A stretch of 32,000 nucleotides of DNA from Methanosphaera stadtmanae DSM 3091 (GCF_000012545.1 NC_007681.1:1530001-1562000), one strand, 5' to 3'; counted from the first letter of the stretch, positions 10,768 through 20,854 are shown. Made by a program: numbers and translations. The notes: generated from the sequence alone by a model not told the origin.

Positions 10768-10813
10768 ATTTAGGATGTAAAATAAAACCATTTTTTTACT
10801 TTTAATCCTAAAT
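10768..10813 (-). other. Long imperfect hairpin between nusA and the rps12 operon
   Basis: atttaggat (10768-10776) pairs with atcctaaat (10805-10813), and the stem is extended by gtaaaa (10777-10782) / ttttac (10794-10799) across a 5-nt bulge. It begins 21 nt after the nusA stop. Function is unknown (terminator or processing site). Confidence 0.35.
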
Positions 10814-10833
10814 ATAAATAATCATAAACATGG

Positions 10834-11265
10834 TTATTTTATGATAATATCACTAATATCAAATTGTCTTTTAGCAAATTGTCTGGCTCGCCGAATATTC
10901 TGACCATTTTTACCAATAGTAGAACGTTTAGTCTTTGAGTCGACATCCAAGGTCGCGATTTTATTACCTTTAGCATTAGTAGAAAATTCTATTGAATTTA
11001 CTTTAGCTACAGATAACAAATTTTTTATAAATTCGCCGGGATCGTCAGAGTGTTCAATAATTTCAATACTCTTATCTACTTTATTCTGCATTTTAGCAAT
11101 AGTACTACCACGTTTTCCTATTGCTAATCCCATATCTCCTTTTTTTACCAAAAAAGTAACTTTATCATGTTCTTCATCAATAATACAGTCCTTAACCGTA
11201 GCACTTGTTATTGTTTCAAACAAGCCAATATATCTGATTTCATTGGTTGTAAACTTGATGGACAT
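10834..11265 (-). CDS. nusA: Archaeal NusA-like transcription factor (two KH domains)
   Basis: 143 aa with GxxG-type KH motifs (AIGKRGSTI, TIGKNGQNI). It sits in the conserved position after rpl30e in the archaeal rpo operon. Confidence 0.9.
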   Translation of the reverse strand: MSIKFTTNEIRYIGLFETITSATVKDCIIDEEHDKVTFLVKKGDMGLAIGKRGSTIAKMQNKVDKSIEIIEHSDDPGEFIKNLLSVAKVNSIEFSTNAKGNKIATLDVDSKTKRSTIGKNGQNIRRARQFAKRQFDISDIIIK

Positions 11266-11273
11266 AATTCAAT

Positions 11274-11570
11274 TTACTCCTTAATCTCTAATATGTTAGA
11301 GTCTCCAGGTTCTTGTATAATTAGAACTGATACTGTGAATGGTTTACCACAGATTGAACCTAGTTCTACACTGGAACCTTCAAATGTATATACTGGCATT
11401 TCAGATAATTTTGAATATGCTTCAATATCTGCTTTAACATTTTTAGGAGTGTTTTCAGCCATAATAGCTAACTCCCCATTTCCAAGTTTTATTGCTTGAA
11501 TTGCTTTATTGGATCCTAATATAACCTTACCAGTATCAACGGCTACACGTATCCCTCTTTCTATATCCAT
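11274..11570 (-). CDS. rpl30e: 50S ribosomal protein L30e (eL30)
   Basis: 98 aa, L7Ae/L30e-fold sequence (GKVILGSNKAIQAIKLG...ELGSICGKPF). Conserved position after rpoA2. Confidence 0.9.
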   Translation of the reverse strand: MDIERGIRVAVDTGKVILGSNKAIQAIKLGNGELAIMAENTPKNVKADIEAYSKLSEMPVYTFEGSSVELGSICGKPFTVSVLIIQEPGDSNILEIKE

Positions 11571-11580
11571 TTACTGCCTC

Positions 11581-12750
11581 CTAGTTTTTATCTTTCATAA
11601 TGACACCAACAGACCCCGTACCATGAGGTATTGGTTGTCCAACAATAACATTCTCAATTATACCTGTGAGTTTATCAGTTTCTCCACGAATACTTGCATT
11701 AAGCAAGTGTTTTCCAGTTTCTTCGAAAGCTGCACGAGCAAGAACACTTGATTTTTCACCACTGATACCATGTCTTCCAATGGATTTTACAACCCCTTCA
11801 GAAGTCATCATATCAGCAACAAGCATAATGTGTCTTATATCCACACTAAGCCCTTGTTCTTCCATGGTTGTATATAACTCATGAATAATAGCATTTCTTG
11901 CAGCTTCAATACCAAGAACTTTTTCAATCTCAAAAATATCGTTTGTAGTTGTTTTAACAATATCCACACCATCAATTTTTAAAATAGCTCCAATATTAGA
12001 ACCTTCAGTGTGAATTACCCATTCATTATGTTCATGACGGATAACAACTTTACCAATACCTTTAACACCACTAATTTGAAGATCTCTGATTTTATCAGCA
12101 AGTAATCTTAATTCTCGAATACCTTGTTGCATTTTTTCTTCATCTTTAGAAAATGTGGTTTCAAAACTCAGTAAATTATTATTTATCTTTACCTGTTTAA
12201 AAGTTTTTTCAATTACAGCAGTAACTTCTGAAAGTTCAAGTCTACGTTCATCAAGAATATCTTGATCAATTTCAGCTGTAATTATGTTATCCATATAATT
12301 TACATTGAAGTTTTTAATAACATCATTCAATGTTATTTTACCTATTTTATTACCCATTTTACGAATAAATTCTTCATCATTTTTATAATCATCAGCAAAG
12401 AAAATATCCATAGTAGGAGTAGATATTTTCTTACGAGCATCTACTACTTCTATAAGACGAGGTAACCCTAAGGTTACGTTTAATTCTACTACCCCTGCAT
12501 AGTGAAAAGTACGCATGGTCATCTGAGTACCAGGTTCACCTACAGATTGAGCTGCAATAGTACCTACAGATTCACCAGGTTCAACCTCTTCACGTTCATA
12601 TGCTTCTTTAACTTTAAGAACTAAAGTTTTTAATTCATCATCAGTTAAATTATTACGTTCAGATGCTTCACTTATTTCCTCAACAAGTTTAATAGGGAAA
12701 TAATCAGCACCATTTTCATTAACTACTGCTTGAACTTCTTCTACATTCAT
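11581..12750 (-). CDS. rpoA2: DNA-directed RNA polymerase subunit A''
   Basis: 389 aa with [17 protein letters not shown] (trigger-loop region) and a C-terminal [10 protein letters not shown] block. Confidence 0.97.
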   Translation of the reverse strand: MNVEEVQAVVNENGADYFPIKLVEEISEASERNNLTDDELKTLVLKVKEAYEREEVEPGESVGTIAAQSVGEPGTQMTMRTFHYAGVVELNVTLGLPRLIEVVDARKKISTPTMDIFFADDYKNDEEFIRKMGNKIGKITLNDVIKNFNVNYMDNIITAEIDQDILDERRLELSEVTAVIEKTFKQVKINNNLLSFETTFSKDEEKMQQGIRELRLLADKIRDLQISGVKGIGKVVIRHEHNEWVIHTEGSNIGAILKIDGVDIVKTTTNDIFEIEKVLGIEAARNAIIHELYTTMEEQGLSVDIRHIMLVADMMTSEGVVKSIGRHGISGEKSSVLARAAFEETGKHLLNASIRGETDKLTGIIENVIVGQPIPHGTGSVGVIMKDKN

Positions 12751-12765
12751 AAAAATCCACTCTCC

Positions 12766-15387
12766 CTATTTAGCATTACTATTAGCTTCTAATCTCATCT
12801 CTTCTATTAAACGATCAAGATTTGCTACTATACCATAATCACTTTTTGCTGGGTTAATACCATCTTCACCATATTTAAATTGAATAATAGCTCCCCTATT
12901 ATCACGTACAGTTCCATCTTCATGTACACTTAAGTCATGAAGTGCATTTACAAGACGTCTTTGCATGTAACCACTTTGTGCTGTACGAATAGCTGTATCT
13001 ACTAATCCTTCACGTCCACCCATAGCGTGGAAGAAAAATTCTAATGGATCAAGTCCTTTCTTATAACTACTGTGTACAAATCCACTAGCTTTAGAACCCA
13101 CATCACCTTTACGGAAATGAGGTAAAGTACGATTAATATAACCCCTATTAATACGTCCTCCACGAACAGCCTGCTGTCCTACACAAGTAGCAATCTGAGT
13201 TAAGTTAAGCATTGAACCACGAGCACCAGTGAGTGCCATAATTACTGCACTGTTAGATGTTGTAAAGTAACGTTCTGCAATAACCCCAGTGTTATCCCTT
13301 GCTTCCCCAAGCACTTGCATGATTTTCATCTCAAGTGTTTCACGTAAACTACGTCCAGGTAATGCTTCAAGTTCATTATCTTCATATGCTTGAATAAGTT
13401 GTTCCACTTTACGATCAGATTTTTCAAGTAATTCTTTAATACGTTCTTCTGCTTCCTTAGGAATTTCTTCATCAGCAGTACCAGTTGTGAAACCTCTTTG
13501 CATTACTCCACCAAATACTGCAAGTTTTGTAGCATGATCAAGGAAGTAACGAGCTTCACTAGGACCAAATTGTTTTACAATTGAATCTAATATTTTACCA
13601 CTACCAGATCCATATCCTTTATCATCAACTACTCCTTGTAATAATTGACCATTACTAATTACCACATAAGCATCATGTTCACAGTTTTCATGTTTACATT
13701 CCTCACATTTTCTACAAATCTCTGCCTTATAAATTAAGTTTAATTTATCAGGTAAGAGTAAACTGAAAATTTCTTTACCAGTCCAATCTCTTCCTTTAGA
13801 TTCAGGAAGTTCCATTTTAGAACGTTTAATGATTTGGAATGCTTTATCTTCAGGATATACTGTAGATGCATGTGTAAGTAAATATGCACCAGTAATGTGA
13901 TCATGTATAGCTCCAATAATTGGTCCACCATAACGAGGTGAAAGAATATGTTCTTGTACCTTCATTATGTCATTTGCTTCAGCACGAGCTTCAGGAGTTT
14001 GGAATACGTGCATGTTCATTTCGTCTCCATCGAAATCTGCATTGTATGGAGGACATACACATAAATTTAACCTGAATGTTTTATATGGTAATACTCTTAC
14101 TTCATGTGCCATCATTGACATACGGTGAAGTGAAGGTTGACGATTGAATAATACAATATCTCCATCAATAATATGCCTTTCAACTATGTATCCTGGTTTT
14201 AGATTTTCAACAACCATTTCTTTTGTTTCATCATAAACTCTGATTTTACGTCCATCAGGTCTTATTATGTAGTTTGCTCCAGGATGTACATCAGGCCCAT
14301 TATTAATATATTCCTTCATTTTTTCCATGTTCCATTCAGTAACAGCTATAGGTACAGTTACTTCTTTAGCTATCATTTCAGGAACTCCAACTTCATTTAT
14401 ACTTAATGTTGGGTCTGGTGAAATTACAGTACGTGCTGAGAAATTTACACGTTTACCTGCAAGATTACTTCTGAAACGTCCTTCTTTACCTTTTAGACGT
14501 TGAGCTAATGTTTTTAAAGGTCTTCCAGATCTATGTCTTGCTGGTGGTACTCCAGATGCTTCATTATCAAAGTAGGTTGTTACGTGGTATTGAAGTAACT
14601 CCCATAAATCTTCAACAATAAGTTGTGGTGCACCAGCTTCCATATTTTCTTTTAATCTTTGATTAATACGTAAAATATCCACAAGTTTGTGTGTAAGGTC
14701 ATCTTCTGATCTTTCACCAGTTTCAAGTGTAATTGAAGGTCTTACTGTTACAGGTGGTACTGGTAGTACTGTTAAAACCATCCATTCTGGTCTTGCTACC
14801 TTTGGATTTATACCAATAAAGATATAATCCTCTTCTGGTATCATTTCTAATCTTTCACGTACTTCACTAGCAGTTAATTTATATGTTCCTTCAACAAGAG
14901 AAATTGGTTTATCAATTTTAATTTCTATTTGTTCTTCTTCACAATGTGGACATTTTTCTTTTTTAGCTGCTAAATGGATTTGTTTTAAGATTTTAGAAAT
15001 ATCTTCACCATTTTCTATTCTTTCTTCTAATTTATCTTTATATTCTAACTTTTCAGTATCTGTTAAAAGTACTCTTCCACATTTACGACAAGTAGATCTT
15101 AGAATTTTATGAATAGTATCTGCAAATCCCACATGTATTACAGGTCTTGCAAAGTTAATATGTCCAAAGTGTCCTTGACAATCTCCACCTTTAGAACCAC
15201 AAGTTCTACATTTAAGTCCTGGGTCAATTACTCCAAGTCGTGGATCCATTAATCCTGATTCTATTGGATAACCATCTTCATCATATGTATCTGGCGTTAC
15301 AATTTTAGTTACAGACATTTTTCTTATAACTTCTGGTGACATTAAACCAAAATCTATTTCAGATACTTTTTTTATTATTCCTTTCAA
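12766..15387 (-). CDS. rpoA1: DNA-directed RNA polymerase subunit A'
   Basis: 873 aa with the catalytic NADFDGDEMN motif, N-terminal zinc-binding cysteines and RFRSNLAGKRVNFSARTVISPDP. Confidence 0.98.
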   Translation of the reverse strand: MKGIIKKVSEIDFGLMSPEVIRKMSVTKIVTPDTYDEDGYPIESGLMDPRLGVIDPGLKCRTCGSKGGDCQGHFGHINFARPVIHVGFADTIHKILRSTCRKCGRVLLTDTEKLEYKDKLEERIENGEDISKILKQIHLAAKKEKCPHCEEEQIEIKIDKPISLVEGTYKLTASEVRERLEMIPEEDYIFIGINPKVARPEWMVLTVLPVPPVTVRPSITLETGERSEDDLTHKLVDILRINQRLKENMEAGAPQLIVEDLWELLQYHVTTYFDNEASGVPPARHRSGRPLKTLAQRLKGKEGRFRSNLAGKRVNFSARTVISPDPTLSINEVGVPEMIAKEVTVPIAVTEWNMEKMKEYINNGPDVHPGANYIIRPDGRKIRVYDETKEMVVENLKPGYIVERHIIDGDIVLFNRQPSLHRMSMMAHEVRVLPYKTFRLNLCVCPPYNADFDGDEMNMHVFQTPEARAEANDIMKVQEHILSPRYGGPIIGAIHDHITGAYLLTHASTVYPEDKAFQIIKRSKMELPESKGRDWTGKEIFSLLLPDKLNLIYKAEICRKCEECKHENCEHDAYVVISNGQLLQGVVDDKGYGSGSGKILDSIVKQFGPSEARYFLDHATKLAVFGGVMQRGFTTGTADEEIPKEAEERIKELLEKSDRKVEQLIQAYEDNELEALPGRSLRETLEMKIMQVLGEARDNTGVIAERYFTTSNSAVIMALTGARGSMLNLTQIATCVGQQAVRGGRINRGYINRTLPHFRKGDVGSKASGFVHSSYKKGLDPLEFFFHAMGGREGLVDTAIRTAQSGYMQRRLVNALHDLSVHEDGTVRDNRGAIIQFKYGEDGINPAKSDYGIVANLDRLIEEMRLEANSNAK

Positions 15388-15415
15388 CTAATAATCCTCC
15401 CGAGTAATTTATTAA

Positions 15416-17227
15416 CTATGCTTTATCTTCTAATACAAGATTTGGAGATATACATAATGATTTTAATTCATCAAGTAACAATTTAAATGCATATGATATT
15501 TCTATTGGGAATGTTTCTGTTTCTCCACATATTGCACAGTATGTTCTATCACGTATTTTATCTCTTACTGCTAATCTACCACAATTTCCACATAACAATG
15601 CTTCATATTTATCTGATTCATCGAGTAATCTTTCTTTTAATGCTAGTGCAGCACCATGTGCAATTAAACAGTCACGTTCCATTTCTCCAAATCTAAGTCC
15701 ACCTTCTCTTGCTCTACCTTCAGTAGGTTGACGAGTGAGAACTTGTACTGGACCTCTACTTCTTGCATATACTTTATCTGAAGTCATGTGATGTAATTTC
15801 TGGTAATATGCTACTCCTACAAAGATTTCTGCTTTGAAACGTTCACCTGTTATACCATTGTATAATTGTTCACGACCATGTGTTTCAAAACCATTTTCTT
15901 TAAGTAAACGTTTGATTTCATCTTCTGGTACTCCAGTAAATGGTGTACCATCAATACGATGTCCTTCCATACAACCAGCTTTACCTGCAAGCATCTCAAT
16001 AATCTGTCCAATAGACATCCTTGATGGAATTGCGTGAGGATTTATCATTAAATCAGGACACATACCATTTTCATTGAAAGGCATATTTTCTTGAGGTACT
16101 ATAAGACCTAATACTCCTTTCTGACCATGTCTTGATGCGAATTTATCACCATATTCTGGTTGTCTGTGATCACGTACTTTGACTTTTGCTAATTTACTTC
16201 CTTCAACAGTTTCTGTTAGCATTACTTTGTCTACTATACCATGTTCACCATGTCTTACTGTAACACTTGTTTCACGTCTTCTTTCTGCTACAGTACCAAA
16301 TTCATCCACATCTTCAAGGAATCTTGGAGGTGATGTTTTACCTATTAATACATCTCCACTTGTTACTGGTACTTCTGGATTGATAAGTCCATCTTCATCT
16401 AAGTGTTTGTATACTTCCTCTGATCTATATCCTCGTACCATACTTTCGGGATATTCAAAGTGATCTTCTTGTCCACCAGGATAACGTCTTTCTGATGCTT
16501 CGTATGATCTAAAGAAGGAAGATCTACCTAATCCTCTTTCTAATGCTGCTTTATTCATAACAAGAGCATCTTCCATATTACATCCTTGGTATGAAAGAAT
16601 TGCTACTACGAAGTTTTGACCAGATGGTCTTTTATCATATTCTGTTGAAACCATACTTTTTGTTTTTACAACAGGCATTTGTGGTTGATGTAAGAGATGT
16701 GCTCTTGTATCAGTTCTTAAATTATAGTTTGATACATATAATCCAAGAGCCTGTTTTGTCATACCTGCCTCCATTGTGTTCCTTGGTGAGGAATTATGGT
16801 TAGCATATGGAATAATTCCAGCACAAATACCAAGCATTGTTGATGGATCTATTTCAAGATGAGTATGATCTTCTGTTAATTGATCTTCAAACATTGCAAT
16901 GTATGCATTTTCTTCTTCTTCAGCATCAATATACTCTATGATTCCTTTATGAATAAGGTCAAACCATTTTAGTTCTCCTGCTGCAACTTGATCAATAATT
17001 TCATCAGTGAGTTTTGAAACTCCATTTTCAACTATTACCAATGGTCTTCTTGCCCTTCCAGGATCTGTGAATATAAATATTTCACTATTTTCTTCATAGT
17101 ATGTTATATTTAATTCATGAGTTAATTCATTAGATCTTCTTCTGGCTTTAACTTCTTTTACAAATGCTTCAGGTTCATCTGTTGTTCCAATTAATTTACC
17201 ATTTATATAAACTTTAACTTTAACCAT
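15416..17227 (-). CDS. rpoB1: DNA-directed RNA polymerase subunit B' (C-terminal half of split RpoB)
   Basis: 603 aa with GDKFASRHGQKGV, MPFNENGMCPDLMINPHAIPSRM and a C-terminal Cys4 (CGNCG...CAICG). Split B is established for methanogens. Confidence 0.97.
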   Translation of the reverse strand: MVKVKVYINGKLIGTTDEPEAFVKEVKARRRSNELTHELNITYYEENSEIFIFTDPGRARRPLVIVENGVSKLTDEIIDQVAAGELKWFDLIHKGIIEYIDAEEEENAYIAMFEDQLTEDHTHLEIDPSTMLGICAGIIPYANHNSSPRNTMEAGMTKQALGLYVSNYNLRTDTRAHLLHQPQMPVVKTKSMVSTEYDKRPSGQNFVVAILSYQGCNMEDALVMNKAALERGLGRSSFFRSYEASERRYPGGQEDHFEYPESMVRGYRSEEVYKHLDEDGLINPEVPVTSGDVLIGKTSPPRFLEDVDEFGTVAERRRETSVTVRHGEHGIVDKVMLTETVEGSKLAKVKVRDHRQPEYGDKFASRHGQKGVLGLIVPQENMPFNENGMCPDLMINPHAIPSRMSIGQIIEMLAGKAGCMEGHRIDGTPFTGVPEDEIKRLLKENGFETHGREQLYNGITGERFKAEIFVGVAYYQKLHHMTSDKVYARSRGPVQVLTRQPTEGRAREGGLRFGEMERDCLIAHGAALALKERLLDESDKYEALLCGNCGRLAVRDKIRDRTYCAICGETETFPIEISYAFKLLLDELKSLCISPNLVLEDKA

Positions 17228-17256
17228 TATAAGTCTCCTTAAATCCCTTTTTCATT

Positions 17257-18765
17257 TTATAAGTTATGATCTAATGGTGTGATATAATCCATATCTTGGA
17301 TTGTTTTTTCTATATCTTCTAAAGGATAGCCTTCAGATATTTTTGTAATTATAGCTAAGTTTTTTACTAAACCACAGTTTGGTCCTTCCGGAGTTTCGTT
17401 AGGACATATTTTTCCAAATTGTGTTGGATGTAAATCTCTTGCTTCAAAGTGAGGTTGACTTCTTGATAATGGTGAGACTACACGTTTAAGATGTGATAGT
17501 GTTCCCATGTAACTTGTTCTGTCAAGTAATTGGCTTACTCCAGCTCTTCCACCAACCCAATTACCTGTAGCTATTGCATGTTTTATATTTTCAGTTATTA
17601 CATCAGATCTTACTGCTTGTTTAACTGATGGTTCTTTTCCACGTGATAGACTACGTTCTAATTGATAGGTCATATCTCTTGTTAGACTTGTGAAAGCTAC
17701 TCTGAATAAATCTTCCATAAGATCTCCAGATACTCTTAATCTTTTATTTGCATAATGGTCCTTATCGTGAGGTTCACGTTCACCATTTATTACTTGTAAA
17801 AGCATATCAGTCATTTCTGCAAGATATACTGCTTTGTCAATACGAGATTCAGGATCTACTCCTACATGAGGTAAAAGATAACGATCAATTACATCTTCTG
17901 CTCTTTTAATTCTGTATTCTTCAGTCATTCCCTTTGCTACTCTGTTACCAATATATTTGATAGCATCGTATTTTGTGTCAACACCTGTTGTTTGAATATC
18001 ATCAATTAATAAGAATTGAGTGTTAATATCATCAGAAACACTGTTTACCAAGTCCACATCTTTTTCAAATCCAAAAGCTCTTAGTAAGATTACAAGAGGT
18101 ATTTCTCCAGGTACATAAGGGAATGATATTCTTAAGAATACTCCTTTTTTATGAGGTTTTCTATATTCTAAAGTGATTCTTGCACGGAAACCACTTTTTA
18201 TTGAGGTTACAACTGCTCTTGCTCTTCTATCTTCTTTATCTTTTTCACTTTGTTCTAAGATAATTTTGTTAGGAGCAATTTCTTCCATTGTAACAATAGC
18301 TCTTTCAGATCCATTTACTATAAAGTAGCCCCCTGGATCTTGAGGATCTTCTCCAACTTTTTCAAGTTCTTCATCACTTAAACCACATAGGTGACATGCT
18401 TTTGATTTAAGCATGACAGGTAATTCACCAATATAAACTTTTTCCATTTCATAATCGTCACTATCCCCCTTAACAAGAGCCATGTCAAGGTACATGTGAG
18501 CAGAATAATTAAGATTTCTTAATCTTGCTTCAGATGGTTCAATAATACTTTTAGAACCATCAGCTTCTTTTATGAAAGGTTTAACTATTTCTACATCACC
18601 AGTTTTAATAGTATACTCACCATGATCCAATGTTATGGGTTCTGTAATATCAACAATTTCTTGAATTTTATTATCTAAAAAATCATTGTATGATCGGATA
18701 TGGTGGTCTACTATATCATATTCATCAAAAAATGAATCAACTAAAGACCATGCGTTTTTTGTCAT
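17257..18765 (-). CDS. rpoB2: DNA-directed RNA polymerase subunit B'' (N-terminal half of split RpoB)
   Basis: 502 aa with HHIRSYNDF, PSEARLRNLNY, a C-terminal FEARDLHPTQFGKICPNETPEG block, and GGAGAT upstream of the ATG. Confidence 0.97.
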   Translation of the reverse strand: MTKNAWSLVDSFFDEYDIVDHHIRSYNDFLDNKIQEIVDITEPITLDHGEYTIKTGDVEIVKPFIKEADGSKSIIEPSEARLRNLNYSAHMYLDMALVKGDSDDYEMEKVYIGELPVMLKSKACHLCGLSDEELEKVGEDPQDPGGYFIVNGSERAIVTMEEIAPNKIILEQSEKDKEDRRARAVVTSIKSGFRARITLEYRKPHKKGVFLRISFPYVPGEIPLVILLRAFGFEKDVDLVNSVSDDINTQFLLIDDIQTTGVDTKYDAIKYIGNRVAKGMTEEYRIKRAEDVIDRYLLPHVGVDPESRIDKAVYLAEMTDMLLQVINGEREPHDKDHYANKRLRVSGDLMEDLFRVAFTSLTRDMTYQLERSLSRGKEPSVKQAVRSDVITENIKHAIATGNWVGGRAGVSQLLDRTSYMGTLSHLKRVVSPLSRSQPHFEARDLHPTQFGKICPNETPEGPNCGLVKNLAIITKISEGYPLEDIEKTIQDMDYITPLDHNL

Positions 18766-19753
18766 ATATCCATCTCCATTTGAAAAGAATTCAACTTTGA
18801 ATAAAAATACACACTACTAATTTTATTCAAATTTCTCTTCCTAAGTTTTAGTTTACTACTTGATATTGCCCTAATAGGGAACTGTATAATTTATAATTTA
18901 AATGATTATAATACAGATTTTACATCTAATATAAGATTACATACCTAACTATTAGTTTATTTTTTTTCTAAAGTGATGGTAATAGAATAAAAATAAATTA
19001 ATAAAAAGGCAACTACTTCTCCACAAGAACCAAGTTATACTCTAGATTACTTGTATCATTAAAGTTATAATACCATATCTTAACAGTATTAGAATAAGTT
19101 AGTTTATTTAAAATAAGAATTTATAAAAAAATGAATCCATAATTTATAACACAAAAACATAGTTTAGTAATATAATTTAAATAAAAATCAAGTATCTTTA
19201 GTCAATTGAAATAATCAGTTTCAATAAAAAAAAATAATCTAACTAAAAAATATTTTTTCTAATTATAAACTACCCATAACTAACACTATGTTTTCTTTAT
19301 TAATTTAATTATAATATGAATTCAATAATAAATTCTAAATTTATAAAATAATCCATCACTTTTCTAATAATATGAATAACAATGCTTTATTATCCAAATA
19401 AAAATCTATTAAAAATATTTAATAGAAAACATTTTCTGATAATCATTTACAGTATTATTAGACATCATTATAAATTTATTAATTATATCAAATATCAGTT
19501 ATTATTTTAAAGTATAATCATCACTTAAAACTATGAAAAATACTTAAAATATTCCTATTTTTTCCCAATTAATTTTAGAATACAAAATTTAATTCTATCT
19601 AAAATATTATACATAGAATTCTAAATCTGATAAAGAAAACATGATTTAAAATTTAATTCTATAAATTAATACGTATACTTTATGTTTGTAACTCATCTAA
19701 TAAAAAACTATAGTTTTATATAGTAGATGTTTCTTTTAAATACTAACCCTTTT

Positions 19754-19782
19754 AAAAAAAATTGATTAATAACTAAAAAAAA
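19754..19782 (-). terminator. Two T8 runs immediately downstream of rpoH
   Basis: Minus strand carries T8 at 19775-19782 and T8 at 19754-19761, 22-50 nt after the rpoH stop (19804-19806). Confidence 0.45.
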
Positions 19783-19803
19783 TAAGTTAAATTAGAAACT
19801 ATT

Positions 19804-20037
19804 TTAATCTCTAACAACACGATAAGCAACGAATATTCCTGCAGTTTCACTTTTTCTTGTAATTTTAAGAATATCTCCAACTTTAGCATCAATTGCTTTT
19901 ACTACAGGATCTGTTGGTAATATCTTTGGAATTTGATCTAAACGAACATTTAAGTCATCAAGAACTTTTTGAGCTTCTTCTTCTGATAAAATAGTATGTT
20001 CTGGAACTAATTTATGTTGTAAAATATCAGCTTTCAA
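19804..20037 (-). CDS. rpoH: DNA-directed RNA polymerase subunit H (Rpo5)
   Basis: Contains HKLVPEHTILSEEEAQKVL...ITRKSETAGIFVAYRVV. The track start ATG 20050-20052 overlaps a perfect GGAGGA (20045-20050). TTG 20035-20037, 7 nt downstream, gives MKADILQHKLVPEH (77 aa). The alternative is 19804-20052. Confidence 0.9.
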   Translation of the reverse strand: MKADILQHKLVPEHTILSEEEAQKVLDDLNVRLDQIPKILPTDPVVKAIDAKVGDILKITRKSETAGIFVAYRVVRD

Positions 20038-20231
20038 AATTATATCCTCCATATTTAAAAATAAGTAATACTAACATTAATCATTAATTATTAAATAATT
20101 ATGCAGTTTATTATATAAATAATTTATAATTTAGTTTGATAAAAAAAATATGTTAAATTTCATAAATAAGTTATAATTAAAAAATATAATTATTAATTGT
20201 CAAAAATAGAATTATGTTGTTAAAATATAAG

Positions 20232-20305
20232 CGGGCCCGACGGGAGTTGAACCCGCGACCGCCTGGTTAAAAGCCAGGCGCTCTCCCAGACTGAGCTACG
20301 AGCCC
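20232..20305 (-). tRNA. tRNA-Lys (anticodon UUU)
   Basis: Minus strand reads gggctcg-ta-gctc agtctggga gagc-g-cctgg ctTTTaa ccagg-...-ttcaact-...-cgggccc-g. Confidence 0.9.
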
Positions 20306-20322
20306 CTATAAAATGATTATAA

Positions 20323-20394
20323 CGCCTTGGCCGGGATTTGAACCCGAGTCGCAGGCTCGACAGGCCTGCATGATAGCCTCTACACTACCAAGGC
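20323..20394 (-). tRNA. tRNA-Asp (anticodon GUC)
   Basis: Minus strand reads gccttgg-ta-...-caggc ctGTCga gcctg-...-cgggttcaaatcccg-gccaaggc-g. Confidence 0.9.
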
Positions 20395-20462
20395 ATTTTA
20401 TACTTATTAAAAACACATACTTTGTACTACAAAGCAACTATGTTATACTTTGTATGTTATAG

Positions 20463-20472
20463 TATATAAAGG
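20463..20472 (-). promoter_or_regulatory. Candidate TATA box for tRNA-Asp/tRNA-Lys
   Basis: Minus strand reads cctttatata, 69 nt upstream of the mature tRNA-Asp 5' end. The same decamer at almost the same spacing occurs upstream of tRNA-Thr. Confidence 0.4.
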
Positions 20473-20528
20473 TATCGGTTAAAGATACATATAACTTACT
20501 AACAATTATATTTATAAATAAAAGGTTA

Positions 20529-20602
<74 letters not shown>

Positions 20603-20610
20603 TATAACAG

Positions 20611-20686
<76 letters not shown>

Positions 20687-20703
20687 TGTACTAAAAATTA
20701 TAG

Positions 20704-20777
20704 AGCCCCAGGGGGGAATTGAACCCCCGACCGCTTGATTACAAGTCAAGCGCTCCACCAGACTGAGCTACTGAGGC
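20704..20777 (-). tRNA. tRNA-Thr (anticodon UGU)
   Basis: Minus strand reads gcctcag-ta-gctc agtctggtg gagc-g-cttga ctTGTaa tcaag-...-ggggg ttcaatt ccccc-ctggggc-t. Confidence 0.9.
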
Positions 20778-20844
20778 ATCTACGTGTTAAAACCTATTTG
20801 TCCATAATAGGTTAGAAGTCATTTATTATTTAACTAACTCATAC

Positions 20845-20854
20845 TATATAAAGG
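20845..20854 (-). promoter_or_regulatory. Candidate TATA box for tRNA-Thr/Pro/Tyr
   Basis: Minus strand reads cctttatata, 68 nt upstream of the mature tRNA-Thr 5' end. It lies just downstream of the pgk terminator. Confidence 0.4.

Noticed and set aside
11167-16803. Plus-strand ORFs within nusA/rpl30e/rpoA2/rpoA1/rpoB1 (11167-11499, 11509-11751, 11666-11884, 12262-12465, 15487-15696, 15834-16037, 16179-16463, 16591-16803), and the minus-strand ORF 13740-13931 in another frame of rpoA1
   Set aside because: All lie wholly within, or antisense to, unambiguous RNA polymerase or ribosomal genes, and their composition is typical of out-of-frame translation.
19440-19525. Possible C/D-box sRNA on the minus strand (GTGATGA at 19517-19523, CTGA 19 nt downstream, then a TGATG further on)
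   Set aside because: Box spacing does not fit the archaeal C-12nt-D' / C'-12nt-D architecture. There is no proper terminal D box (CTGA) and no terminal stem.
19584-19662. 15-nt direct repeat aaaatttaattctat (19584-19598, 19648-19662) and aattctaaat repeats, considered as evidence for a mobile-element terminus
   Set aside because: The repeats are pure A/T-rich short matches at expected background frequency, with no flanking inverted repeats or transposase remnants. They are mentioned only as landmarks in the spacer finding.
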